In this document: positions 40,835 to 51,738 of the stretch, piece by piece
Layout: each line of letters starts with the position of its first letter
How positions within the stretch are numbered: position 1 is the first letter of the stretch
From: Hyphomicrobium sp.
GTDB taxonomy: Bacteria > Pseudomonadota > Alphaproteobacteria > Rhizobiales > Hyphomicrobiaceae
Assembly: GCA_036559705.1 (NCBI GenBank)
Contig: DATBSP010000113.1
Coordinates: 655 to 64,654 of the forward strand
Direction: 5' to 3'
Length of the DNA: 64,000 nucleotides
Notes under the pieces: generated by a model
The model's input: the letters and a program-made list of their open reading frames with translations, nothing else
Database searches by the model: none
Told to the model about the DNA's origin: nothing
Made by a program: the position numbers and the translations under genes

Positions 40835-41392
40835 ATGCCGTCCATTAACAAGAGCCGTATTCTCATCATGGCGACGCACGGTTTCGAGCAATCAGAGCTG
40901 GTGAAGCCGCTGGAGCAGCTGAATGCCAAGGGCGCGAAAGTCGACGTCGCCGCTCCGGAGGCCGGCCAGATTAAGGGCTGGCAGGCCAACAACTGGGGAA
41001 AGCCGGTGGACGTCGACAAAACGCTCGAAGAGGTCAAGGTCGGAGATTACGACGCGCTGCTTTTGCCGGGTGGCGTTATCAGCCCCGATAAGCTTCGCAT
41101 CAACGACAAGGCGCTGGCCATCGTCAAAGCCTTCGTTGAATCCGGCAAGGTTGTCGCTGCCATCTGTCATGGACCCTGGCTGCTCGTTGAAGTCGGAGCC
41201 GTTAAGGGGCGCGAGGTCACATCGTATGTCTCGATCCGCACCGATGTCGTCAACGCCGGCGGCCGCTGGGTCGACAAGCAGGTGGCCACTGACGAGGGCA
41301 TCATTACGTCGCGCAATCCGGGCGACATCGATGCCTTCGTCGCCAAAATCATTGAGGAAGTCGAAGAGGGCGAACATCGGCGTGCGGCCTGA
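40835..41392 (+). CDS. PfpI/DJ-1 family (type 1 glutamine amidotransferase-like) protein
   Basis: GFEQSE, YDALLLPGG, AICHGPW, ITSRNP.D. Confidence 0.95.
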   Translation: MPSINKSRILIMATHGFEQSELVKPLEQLNAKGAKVDVAAPEAGQIKGWQANNWGKPVDVDKTLEEVKVGDYDALLLPGGVISPDKLRINDKALAIVKAFVESGKVVAAICHGPWLLVEVGAVKGREVTSYVSIRTDVVNAGGRWVDKQVATDEGIITSRNPGDIDAFVAKIIEEVEEGEHRRAA

Positions 41393-41469
41393 AGGTGGTT
41401 CCACGCTAAGAGTTGATTAATGCGCCGGCGCCGACATTGCCGGCGCCGCGGTTCAATATCCGCGAATTC

Positions 41470-41496
41470 CTGGCACTCGAACCTTGACAGTGCTAA
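41470..41496. promoter_or_regulatory. CIRCE element upstream of groES copy 2, overlapping a -35 box
   Basis: CTGGCACTC-gaaccttga-CAGTGCTAA (3 mismatches); TTGACA at 41484-41489 lies inside it. Confidence 0.8.
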
Positions 41497-41602
41497 CCGC
41501 CCTGATCATATACGCGGCGCGGGGCCGAGGCGGCCCGCCCGAAGGGCCGCGCCGGACCAATGCACAGCCAGAAAAGTCAATTCACATCATGAGGTTGAGC
41601 CC

Positions 41603-41917
41603 ATGAAGTTCCGTCCTCTTCATGACCGCGTCGTCGTTCGCCGCGTGGAGGAAGACACCAAGACCGCCGGCGGCATCATCATTCCCGACACCGCCAAAGA
41701 GAAGCCTGTGCAAGGCGAAGTCGTCGCCGTCGGCCCGGGCGCCCGCGACGATGCCGGCAAGATCATCCCCCTCGATCTGAAGCTCGGCGATCGCGTGCTG
41801 TTCGGCAAGTGGAGCGGCACCGAGGTGAAGATCGACGGCGAGGATCTCGTAATCATGAAGGAGAGCGACATCTTCGGCGTCATCGAAGGCAAGGCGAACG
41901 TCAAGGCCGCTGCCTAA
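41603..41917 (+). CDS. groES: Co-chaperonin GroES (copy 2)
   Basis: [14 protein letters not shown]...[13 protein letters not shown]; GAGG RBS. Confidence 0.98.
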   Translation: MKFRPLHDRVVVRRVEEDTKTAGGIIIPDTAKEKPVQGEVVAVGPGARDDAGKIIPLDLKLGDRVLFGKWSGTEVKIDGEDLVIMKESDIFGVIEGKANVKAAA

Positions 41918-43612
<1,695 letters not shown>

Positions 43613-43645
43613 GGTCTGCCCGCGGCTTAAAATGTGGAAGAACGG

Positions 43646-43674
43646 AAAAGCCTCGGCCTCGGCCGAGGCTTTTT
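43646..43674 (+). terminator. Intrinsic terminator after groEL copy 2
   Basis: AAAAGCCTCGGC-ctcg-GCCGAGGCTTTTT. Confidence 0.9.
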
Positions 43675-43839
43675 CGCAATTTGCGCAGTAATTGTTCCGG
43701 ACTGTGGCCGAGAGACCCCACGTTAGCCTTGACGCCAGAATGCATCGATAGCCACATGCGCTATCCATCGTGTGCGTCGATCCGGCCCGACCACGGCCAT
43801 TTTCTCCATCTAGCTTGCAGGCGCTTTGGAGACTGAGGG

Positions 43840-46224
43840 ATGATTAGAATAACGGCTGTACGCACGCGCGTCGGGCTTCTACCGGCGATCGCGGCGCTTT
43901 GCGTGACGGGCTCGCTCGTGGCACGCGCCGAGAACCCGCCGCCGTCCGCGCCGGCTGGCCCGGCCGCCGCTGCGGCGACACCGCCATCGCCCGCCAAGGT
44001 CGAGGATCCGAGCATCAAGGCAGGTACTGCCGCGCCAATGACCATGCCTGCCGCGACCACACCTGCCGCCACAACGCCTGCCGCTCCGGCAACAGCGACG
44101 GCGGCGCCGACCACTCCTCCTGCCGCCACCGCGCCTGCCGCTCCGGCAACAGCGACGGCGACGCCGACCACTCCTCCTGCCGCCACCGCGCCTGCCGCTC
44201 CGGCAACAGCGACGGCGACGCCAACCACTCCTCCTGCCGCTACCACGCCTGCCGCTCCGGCAACAGCGACAGCGACGGCGGCGCCGACCACTCCGCCTGC
44301 AGTTGCACCACCGGCGGCTCCCAATGCCGCTGCGGGGACGCCACCTGCCGCTGCTACTCCCGGCCAGCCACCGAATGCGACGGCGGCGCTGCCCGACGCA
44401 ACCTCTGGCACCCCGGGCGCCAGCGCCCCCGCGCAGGTCCTGCCGCCGGCCGATCCGATCGTTGCCGGCATTCGCGCGAAGCTGCCTGAGCTCGGCAAGA
44501 AGACAAATGAGGAGGAGGCCGCAGCGCTTGCCTCCTACTACAGCGAGATTACCGGCACCGCGATCTGGGCTTCCACCGGTGGCCTGACCGATAAGGGTAA
44601 GGCCGTCGTCGCCGAGATCGGCCGCGCCGAAAATTGGGGTCTGCCGGCCGCTGCCTTCCAGGTTCCGTCCGCCGCAACCGGCGCCCTGACGCCAGAGGCT
44701 GCTGCCGACACCGAGATCCAGGTAGCGCTCGCCGTCCTCAAGTACGCGCGTTTTGCACGTGGTGGCCGCATCAACCCTGCCAACATCTCGCAGCTGATGG
44801 ATCAGCAGCCGACGCTGGTGCCTGCGAAGACGGTCCTGACCGACATCGCCGCAGCCGAGAAGCCCGACGCTTACCTCACTTCGCTGCACCCCAAGCATCA
44901 GCAGTTCGAGGCGCTACGCCAGGTGCTGCTGAAGCTGCGCGGCGGCGAAGTGAAGGAAGAAGTCGTTGTCCCCGGAGACCCCGCGCTTAGCGTCCAGCTG
45001 CCTATGGGTCGCGTCATCCGTCCGGGTGGCACCGACCCGCAGGTCGCGCTGCTGCGTCAGCGACTGAAGGTCCCCGCCAGCGATCCGACGGTCGACAACG
45101 TCTACGACGACAAGCTTGCGGAGGCAGTACGCCAGTTCCAGCAGTCCAAGGGACTGCGTCCTGACGGGGTGGTCGGCAACGGGACGCGCCAGGTGTTGAA
45201 CGGCGGCACGAAGCCGGCGCCGGTGGCGCAGAGGAACGACTCCAAGATCGAGCGCATCCTCATTAACATGGAGCGCTGGCGCTGGGTCCCCGTTGATATG
45301 GGCGCGTTCCATGTGTGGGACAACGTGCCGGAGTTCCTGACGCGCATCGTGAAGGACGGCAAGGTGATCCATACCGACGAGATCGTCGTCGGGCAGCCTT
45401 CGTGGCCGACGCCGGTGTTTTCCGCCGACATGAAGACTGTCGTGTTCCGTCCGAGTTGGGGCGTCCCCGACGGCATCAGATCGAAAGAGCTGGCGCCGCT
45501 CTTGCGCAAGAGCTCCGGCGCGGGCTTCTTCGGTATGTTCGGCGGCGGCTACTCTGCCCAAGCGGTGCTCGACGCCTACGACCTGCGCGCCTATTCCAAC
45601 GGCCGTCAGGTCGATCCGAACTCGGTCGACTGGGGCAGTGTTGATATTCGCCGGTTCAGCTTCCAGCAGCCGCCGGGACCCAAGAACGTGCTGGGCGACG
45701 TGAAGTTCATGTTCCCCAATTCGCACGATGTCTACATGCACGACACGCCGGAGCGGAACCTGTTCGCCAAATCGTTCCGCGCCCTGAGCCACGGCTGCAT
45801 GCGCGTGCACGAGCCGCGCCGTCTGGCCGAGATCCTTCTCGCCGAGGACAAGGGCTGGTCGACGGAGAAGGTTGGCGCCATGTGGAGCAGCGGCGGCGAA
45901 GTCGCGCTCGACAAGCACATTCCGGTGCACGTCACGTACTTCACAGCGCTCGTCGAGGAAAACGGCAAGCTGCAGACGTTCGGCGATTTCTACGGTCTCG
46001 ATAGCCGCACTGCCGCGGCACTGACCGGCAAGTCGATCCGCTTCGAGCAGCCGGGCTATGGTCCGGACGACATCGTCGCTTCCGGCGATCCCGCGGACGG
46101 GGCATCGATGCAGCCGTATTCCCCGCAGCCTGGGTATGGGCAGCAGGCGCGCCGCAAGGGCAAGAAGCAGTACCAGGGCGCGGATAATCTTTCCGACGCG
46201 ATCAATAGTCTCTTCTCTCCCTGA
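43840..46224 (+). CDS. L,D-transpeptidase (YcbB/LdtD-like) with PG-binding domain and Ala/Pro/Thr-rich N-terminus
   Basis: Signal peptide; AVRQFQQSKGLRPDGVVG (PG binding), NMERWRW, VYMHDTP...SHGCMRV catalytic motif. Confidence 0.93.
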   Translation: MIRITAVRTRVGLLPAIAALCVTGSLVARAENPPPSAPAGPAAAAATPPSPAKVEDPSIKAGTAAPMTMPAATTPAATTPAAPATATAAPTTPPAATAPAAPATATATPTTPPAATAPAAPATATATPTTPPAATTPAAPATATATAAPTTPPAVAPPAAPNAAAGTPPAAATPGQPPNATAALPDATSGTPGASAPAQVLPPADPIVAGIRAKLPELGKKTNEEEAAALASYYSEITGTAIWASTGGLTDKGKAVVAEIGRAENWGLPAAAFQVPSAATGALTPEAAADTEIQVALAVLKYARFARGGRINPANISQLMDQQPTLVPAKTVLTDIAAAEKPDAYLTSLHPKHQQFEALRQVLLKLRGGEVKEEVVVPGDPALSVQLPMGRVIRPGGTDPQVALLRQRLKVPASDPTVDNVYDDKLAEAVRQFQQSKGLRPDGVVGNGTRQVLNGGTKPAPVAQRNDSKIERILINMERWRWVPVDMGAFHVWDNVPEFLTRIVKDGKVIHTDEIVVGQPSWPTPVFSADMKTVVFRPSWGVPDGIRSKELAPLLRKSSGAGFFGMFGGGYSAQAVLDAYDLRAYSNGRQVDPNSVDWGSVDIRRFSFQQPPGPKNVLGDVKFMFPNSHDVYMHDTPERNLFAKSFRALSHGCMRVHEPRRLAEILLAEDKGWSTEKVGAMWSSGGEVALDKHIPVHVTYFTALVEENGKLQTFGDFYGLDSRTAAALTGKSIRFEQPGYGPDDIVASGDPADGASMQPYSPQPGYGQQARRKGKKQYQGADNLSDAINSLFSP
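44077..44300 (+). repeat. Intragenic 57-bp tandem repeat (about 4 copies)
   Basis: Units start at 44077, 44134, 44191 and 44248 (CCTGCCGCTCCGGCAACAGCGACGGCG...), encoding PAAPATATA[A/T]PTTPPAAT[A/T]. Confidence 0.92.
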
Positions 46225-46228
46225 TGGT

Positions 46229-47503
46229 TCAGGCGTCGCGGCGGTCCTGCAGCTCGCCGCGCGCCAATGCCTCCAGCTTGGCGCGCACGCGCTCCGCATC
46301 GCTGGGGAAGCCGGCAGCGATCCACCATTCTTTGAAATCCGCAACCACGCGCCCGACGCCCGGCCCCGGCGCGACACCGAGCGCTACGATGTCGGCGCCG
46401 AGCACGGGGAGCTGCGGAGCTGTCCAACGCTCCGGCAACGTCACGCGTGCCGCCCGGTCGATGTCTTGCGGTCTATCGTCCGAGCGAGCCCAGTCGAGCA
46501 GCGCCCCGTCAACGAACGTCTCGGCTCCGTGCCGGTAGATAGCGACCTTGGCTGCGGCTTCCTCGGTTCTCGGATCGAAAGCGTCGTCGCGACGGCGGGC
46601 GTTCGCCAGGCGGTCGCCCTCGATGGTCGACAGCCGCAGCCGTTCACGTAGGTCTTCGCGCGTGCCAGAGCCGAGAGCAGCAAGCCGTAACAAGGGATCC
46701 GGCGCACGGCTCAAACTTTCCTCGATCGCCGCCAGACGCGCGACGAGGTCGACATTCCCTTCAAGGCCGAGCAGCGGCTCGATGATGCCGCTGTCGCGCA
46801 TCGAACGCAGCGCCGCCACCGCGCCCGGCGCCGCGAGCAGCAACAGCAGCTCGGTGCGGATGCGCTCGCCGGACAACAGCTGCAGCCCCGCCTTCTCGGC
46901 TTTGGCCGCAGCGAGGCCGTCGGCATCGGGCGCGTCGGCGTCGCCGTACTCCGCGCCAAAACGGAAAAAGCGCAGAATGCGCAGGTAGTCCTCGCGAATG
47001 CGCTGACGCGCGTCGCCGATGAAGCGCACGCGTTTGGTCTTGAGGTCGCCGTAACCGCCGAGGGGATCGTGCACCGTGCCGTCGGCATCGCAGTAGAGCG
47101 CGTTCATGGTGAAGTCGCGCCGCATGGCGTCCTCGCCCCAGTCGGCGGCGAACGTCACCTTTGCGTGGCGCCCGAACGTCTCGATGTCGCGGCGCAACGT
47201 CGTGACTTCGAACGGCATCTTGCCGGCAATGACTGTAACCGTGCCGTGCTCGATGCCGGTGGGGACTGGGTGCAGGCCTGCACCCTCGGCGAGCCGCATG
47301 ACTTCTGTGGGCAGCGCCGTAGTTGCGATGTCGACGTCTTTCACCGGTACGCCCATCAGCGCATTGCGAACCGCGCCACCGACGGCGCGCGCTTCGGCAC
47401 CATCGGCGGTGAGCGCGTCAAACACAGCGCGTGTTTGCGGGCGCGTCAGCCACTCCGCATTCGCTAGACTCGGCAGTCCGCCATGGTCCTTCGCGCGCGC
47501 CAT
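46229..47503 (-). CDS. CCA tRNA nucleotidyltransferase
   Basis: VGGAVRN.L, DVDIAT, EVTTLR, RRDFTMNAL, EDYLRILRFFRF. Confidence 0.93.
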   Translation of the reverse strand: MARAKDHGGLPSLANAEWLTRPQTRAVFDALTADGAEARAVGGAVRNALMGVPVKDVDIATTALPTEVMRLAEGAGLHPVPTGIEHGTVTVIAGKMPFEVTTLRRDIETFGRHAKVTFAADWGEDAMRRDFTMNALYCDADGTVHDPLGGYGDLKTKRVRFIGDARQRIREDYLRILRFFRFGAEYGDADAPDADGLAAAKAEKAGLQLLSGERIRTELLLLLAAPGAVAALRSMRDSGIIEPLLGLEGNVDLVARLAAIEESLSRAPDPLLRLAALGSGTREDLRERLRLSTIEGDRLANARRRDDAFDPRTEEAAAKVAIYRHGAETFVDGALLDWARSDDRPQDIDRAARVTLPERWTAPQLPVLGADIVALGVAPGPGVGRVVADFKEWWIAAGFPSDAERVRAKLEALARGELQDRRDA

Positions 47504-47518
47504 CGGTGCTTCTCGCGG

Positions 47519-47785
47519 CTAATCGATATGGCCCGGCTCGATGCGTCCGTCCTTCATCGACGGCGGGGTATACACACCGCCCGGGTCGCCTCCGGTGACC
47601 GAGCCGAATGTCGCGAGCGTGATGACCACGAGAATCGCCCCGGCCACAAACAGCCAGATCAGTGGAGCGTCGTCGAGCACACGTGCGGCACCCGGCTTCT
47701 CCTCGCGCGTCAGGTAGACGTAGGCGATGTAGACGATCGTCGGCAGTAGGAAGAGCAGGATGTTCTCGGCTACGATGCGGATCAT
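47519..47785 (-). CDS. Small membrane protein (DUF6111-like)
   Basis: Two TM segments and a YTPP..KDGRIEPG end; located between the Nudix and CCA genes. Confidence 0.85.
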   Translation of the reverse strand: MIRIVAENILLFLLPTIVYIAYVYLTREEKPGAARVLDDAPLIWLFVAGAILVVITLATFGSVTGGDPGGVYTPPSMKDGRIEPGHID

Positions 47786-48444
47786 GCTGAAAAGAGCCTC
47801 TTGTGCATGTTCTTCATTATACCCGCCGTCGCGCCCCAGATGTATCGCTGCTCGAAGGGCATGGCGTAAAAGCGCCGCTCCGCGCCGCGCCAGGCGCGAA
47901 CCTCGGTGCGATGGTTCCCTGCGTCCATGAGAAAGGCGAGCGGCACCTCGAAGGCGTCCGCCACCTCGCGCTTATCGAGCTGCAGCGTAAATCCCACGCG
48001 TACCAGGCTGACCACGGGGAAAATGCGAAAGCCGGTTCCGGTGCGGTAGGGGTCGAGATAGCCGAGCGGCTCGACGAAGTCTGGGTCGAGACCGATTTCC
48101 TCCTGCGCTTCGCGCAGCGCCGTCGCGATTGGGTTGCCATCCGTCGGCTCCATGCGTCCGCCCGGAAAGGCGATCTGTCCGGCGTGGTGCGGCAAACCCT
48201 CGGTGCGTTGGGTCAGCAGCACGGTCAACTCGGCCCGCGCGACGATAGGGATCAACACTGCCGCCGGAGCAAGCGGCGCGCCCGCCACCTCCGGGATGAG
48301 TTCGGGGCTCAAGTCGAAGTCGCTCGGGGTATCGGGCGCCCCGGGGGCAGCGTCGGGAACCGTTTGGCTCAGCTCGGATTTCGCCAGATGGCGGAATCCC
48401 TGTTCGGAAAACGGCGATAGGGCTTCGGCGCGAGGGTCTTGCAT
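47782..48444 (-). CDS. CoA pyrophosphatase (Nudix, NudL-like)
   Basis: LLTQR...HAGQIAFPGG, ALREAQEEIG, IWGATAG. Confidence 0.93.
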   Translation of the reverse strand: MQDPRAEALSPFSEQGFRHLAKSELSQTVPDAAPGAPDTPSDFDLSPELIPEVAGAPLAPAAVLIPIVARAELTVLLTQRTEGLPHHAGQIAFPGGRMEPTDGNPIATALREAQEEIGLDPDFVEPLGYLDPYRTGTGFRIFPVVSLVRVGFTLQLDKREVADAFEVPLAFLMDAGNHRTEVRAWRGAERRFYAMPFEQRYIWGATAGIMKNMHKRLFSA

Positions 48445-48581
48445 GGCGCCACCATAACATTGGATTCTCCAGCAGGAATCGAACCTTAACGATTAAGCCG
48501 GCACGTATGGCTCGCAAAGCCCGCACAAATCACGATAACGTCCAACTCTCACGCGAATCTTTCTGTCCGAAAGGAGCCACG

Positions 48582-49808
48582 GTGCCGATCGACCGATCCC
48601 GTCCCTTGCGCTCTCTGCTGGCGACCGCCTTGGTGCTGGCAGCGGTGAGCGCGTGGGCAGGCGGAGCGGCAGCAGCCTCCGTGCCCGAGTTCCTCGCCAG
48701 TCTATCCCCTGCGCAAGCGGAGGAATTCGCCGCTTGGCGCAACGCCAAAATGCGGTACGACCGCCAGCTCGATGCATACTGGGCGGAGGTGGAGAAAAAG
48801 CGCGCCGGTCGTCGCGCCAAGCGCGGCAAGACCAAATTCTTCGACACCGACGACTACGTGTGGAGCTATCCGCCGACGTATCAAGGTCCGCGACTAAGCG
48901 CCGACCTCGACCGGCAATGGACCCGCTTCCTCGCCGCCCAGGAAAGACCGGAGGAGCCCGCCCAGGAAAAGAAGGAGCTGCCGGGCCTTGCCGATTTCCT
49001 CGCCGCTGCTCGTAAACACTACGGCTTCGAGCCGATGCGTATCCCGGAGCGCGAGTTCAAGCGCCGCTACGCGGAAGAGGCGATCGCGCTGGGACTCACC
49101 AAGGAGCAGGTGGTCCGCGTCTACGCCCTCGAGACGGGCGGCGACGGCACTGCCGACATGCAGGCGGGCATTCATCCCATCACCAAGAAGGGCAAGCCGA
49201 TCTCCTCGGCCCTGGGCTACGCGCAGCTGCTGCACGCCAACACCATCGGCGAGCTGGTCAAGCACGGCGATCAGTTCGTCAAACGCTTGCAGCGCCTCAA
49301 GGCGGGCGCCGGCGATCCGGCCCGGGCCGACGAATTGCACCGCAAGATCGCCGCCCTACAGGCGATGATCCGCAGCGCCCGCTCAGTGCCCGACGATTGG
49401 TACCGCCACGTTGCCTTCGCGCAGAACTCGAAGGGCTACGGCATTCACGCCATCAACCTCGACGGCGACATCGGCCCTTGGCTGCAGTCGCTAAAGCTCC
49501 GCGGCCTCAAGGACACCGCCGCCCGCAAGGGCGTGACAAACCTCTCCGGCGAGGAGATCGAGATCATGAACCTGTCGGGTCCGGCGACGGGCCTTGAGAT
49601 GATGCAGCCAGTTGGCCTCACGGCGCCGACGCCGAACTTCTTCGCCCGCAAGGCCTATTACGTGAACAAGATGGTCATTGGCAAAACCTCGGCCGAGCTG
49701 CTCGCCGAGTTCACCCGCCGCATGGACGCCAGCTCGCGCAAAGCGGGGGCGGTCGAGTTCGCCGCAGCGTTCGACGAGGCGCGGCAGGAGAAGCTGCCCT
49801 GGCGCTGA
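48582..49808 (+). CDS. Exported protein, possible divergent lysozyme-like/lytic transglycosylase fold
   Basis: AAGGAG RBS before GTG; signal peptide; VYALETGG ... SSALGYAQLL resembles SLT motifs I and II. Confidence 0.7.
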   Translation: MPIDRSRPLRSLLATALVLAAVSAWAGGAAAASVPEFLASLSPAQAEEFAAWRNAKMRYDRQLDAYWAEVEKKRAGRRAKRGKTKFFDTDDYVWSYPPTYQGPRLSADLDRQWTRFLAAQERPEEPAQEKKELPGLADFLAAARKHYGFEPMRIPEREFKRRYAEEAIALGLTKEQVVRVYALETGGDGTADMQAGIHPITKKGKPISSALGYAQLLHANTIGELVKHGDQFVKRLQRLKAGAGDPARADELHRKIAALQAMIRSARSVPDDWYRHVAFAQNSKGYGIHAINLDGDIGPWLQSLKLRGLKDTAARKGVTNLSGEEIEIMNLSGPATGLEMMQPVGLTAPTPNFFARKAYYVNKMVIGKTSAELLAEFTRRMDASSRKAGAVEFAAAFDEARQEKLPWR

Positions 49809-49905
49809 GCAGCAGGGCTGGCCAAATTCCCATCGAGCGATGCAGTTTTGCACCGGACATCAACCGGCGCTTCTAGGATGCCTTTGAAATAGTGGGGACC
49901 GTGCA

Positions 49906-50601
49906 TTGACGCGTCAGTTGGCTGGCCGAGGTGGTGTCGCATCCCTCGCCGTCGCTGCATTTGCGATGGCTGTTGGGGCACCGGTTTCCGCCAGCGCACA
50001 AGAATGGTTCCGCATTCCCAGCCTCTATCCTGCCACAGAAGCGGAGCTCGGCCCGGTGAGCCGGACCGGCTTTATTCTGGCGCCCGATTTTGAGATCAAC
50101 GACGAGTTGAGCCTCGGCGGCACGCGCGGCGCGCTTCTGGAGGATACCGAAGGGTTCGCGATTGGCGCCAAGCTCGGCTACGACAAGCAAATCGGCGATG
50201 TCGTCGTCGGCGTCATGACCGACGGCTTCTACTCGTTCGCCGATGGCAACGGCCGCGGCGCCGGTGCCGGCGTATTCGAGTCCGAGCTAAACTACTACGG
50301 CACGGTGCGTGGTCGCCTCGGCTACTCGTTCGGCCGCCTCATGGCCTACGGCACGGGTGGCTATGCCTATGGCGAGCTCGAGGTCAGCAATATTGTTACG
50401 GGCGTTGCCGACAAGGAATCGCTGAGCGGTTGGGTCTACGGCGGCGGCTTGGAATACGCCTGGAACAAAGACCTCATTCTGCACGCCGGATACCGGCGCA
50501 TCGATTTCGACGACCAGACCTTCTCGGTGTTGCCGGTAGGGCAGAACACCCTGTCGCCGGAGATGGACGTCCTCGATTTTGGGCTCGTAAGGCGATACTG
50601 A
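49906..50601 (+). CDS. Outer-membrane beta-barrel protein (Omp25/RopB-like)
   Basis: Signal peptide; GTVRGRLGY, YGTGGYAYG, GWVYGGGLEYA; terminal aromatic residue. Confidence 0.9.
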   Translation: MTRQLAGRGGVASLAVAAFAMAVGAPVSASAQEWFRIPSLYPATEAELGPVSRTGFILAPDFEINDELSLGGTRGALLEDTEGFAIGAKLGYDKQIGDVVVGVMTDGFYSFADGNGRGAGAGVFESELNYYGTVRGRLGYSFGRLMAYGTGGYAYGELEVSNIVTGVADKESLSGWVYGGGLEYAWNKDLILHAGYRRIDFDDQTFSVLPVGQNTLSPEMDVLDFGLVRRY

Positions 50602-50622
50602 GCGAGCCCAGGGGCCCCGCCA

Positions 50623-51549
50623 TCACGGCCACTTCACCTCGGGCGGCATCGACGACAGGATGGCATCGACATTGCCGCCGGTCTTGAGACCGAACACCGT
50701 GCCGCGGTCGTAGAGCAGGTTGAACTCCACGTAGCGCCCACGCCGCACCAGTTGCTCCTCGCGGTCCGCCTCTTTCCACGGCATGGCAAAGTTGCCGCGC
50801 ACCAACATCGGGTAGACGCGCTGGAAGGCGCGCCCGACGTCTTGGGTAAAGGCGAATGCCGCGTCCCAGCCGCCCTCCGCCTCTGTCGGCGTCAGGTAAT
50901 CGTAGAAGATGCCGCCGACGCCGCGCATCTCCTTGCGATGCGGCAGGTAAAAGTACTCTTCGCACCACTTGCGGTAACGGGGGTAGTCGGCAACGGCATG
51001 CGGCGCGCAGGCGCCGTACATCGCCGCATGAAACGCCAGGGTGTCGGCGTCGTCCTCCTTGCGCCGGCGCTCGAGTACCGGCGTCAGGTCGGCGCCACCA
51101 CCGAACCACCACTTCGAGGTGACGACCATGCGCGTATTCATGTGCACGGCCGGCACGTTGGGGTTCCGCGGATGCGCGATGAGCGAGATGCCGGAAGCCC
51201 AGAACTGCGGATGCTCCTCGGCGCCGGGAATCTGCCAGCGGAACTCCGGTGCGAACTCGCCATGCACGGTCGAGGTGTGCACGCCCACCTTCTCGAACAC
51301 GCGCCCGCCCATCATGCTCATAACGCCGCCGCCACCCGGAACACCCGAATGGTCGGTTCGCTGCCACGGCGTGCGCTTGAAGCGCCCCGGCGGGCGGTCC
51401 GCCAGCGGGGCGCCTGCCGGCAGGTCGTCCTCGAGCTTCTCGAGCGCCGCGCAGATGCCGTCCCGCAGCTCTCCGAACCAGGCGCGCGCCGCTTCCTTGT
51501 GCTCGGCGAGTTCGCTCGCTTCGCGCGTCGGTTCGTGCAGTTCGGCCAT
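50623..51549 (-). CDS. hemF: Oxygen-dependent coproporphyrinogen III oxidase
   Basis: [55 protein letters not shown]. Confidence 0.97.
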   Translation of the reverse strand: MAELHEPTREASELAEHKEAARAWFGELRDGICAALEKLEDDLPAGAPLADRPPGRFKRTPWQRTDHSGVPGGGGVMSMMGGRVFEKVGVHTSTVHGEFAPEFRWQIPGAEEHPQFWASGISLIAHPRNPNVPAVHMNTRMVVTSKWWFGGGADLTPVLERRRKEDDADTLAFHAAMYGACAPHAVADYPRYRKWCEEYFYLPHRKEMRGVGGIFYDYLTPTEAEGGWDAAFAFTQDVGRAFQRVYPMLVRGNFAMPWKEADREEQLVRRGRYVEFNLLYDRGTVFGLKTGGNVDAILSSMPPEVKWP

Positions 51550-51738
51550 GCTTGCCCGTCCTCGAACCCTTTTGTTGGCGCAATTCCCCCTATATATCCC
51601 GTTCAGCGATGTCTAGGGGCGCGTCTCCCTGAGGGGCTCCCAAGACCAGGAAAAATATAACATTCTGTGCCCGAGTACTCACCGGAGAACTCGCGCGGCG
51701 CAACGTGTCGGCGACCCCCAAGGCGCCTGGAGCTCTTC

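Noticed and set aside
44077-44300. Repeat array as a possible CRISPR
   Set aside because: Contiguous in-frame units without unique spacers, and no cas genes in the window.
49906-50601. OMP as a substrate for covalent peptidoglycan anchoring by the nearby L,D-transpeptidase
   Set aside because: The predicted mature N-terminus is QEWF, not the Ala-Asp motif described for tethered Brucella OMPs.
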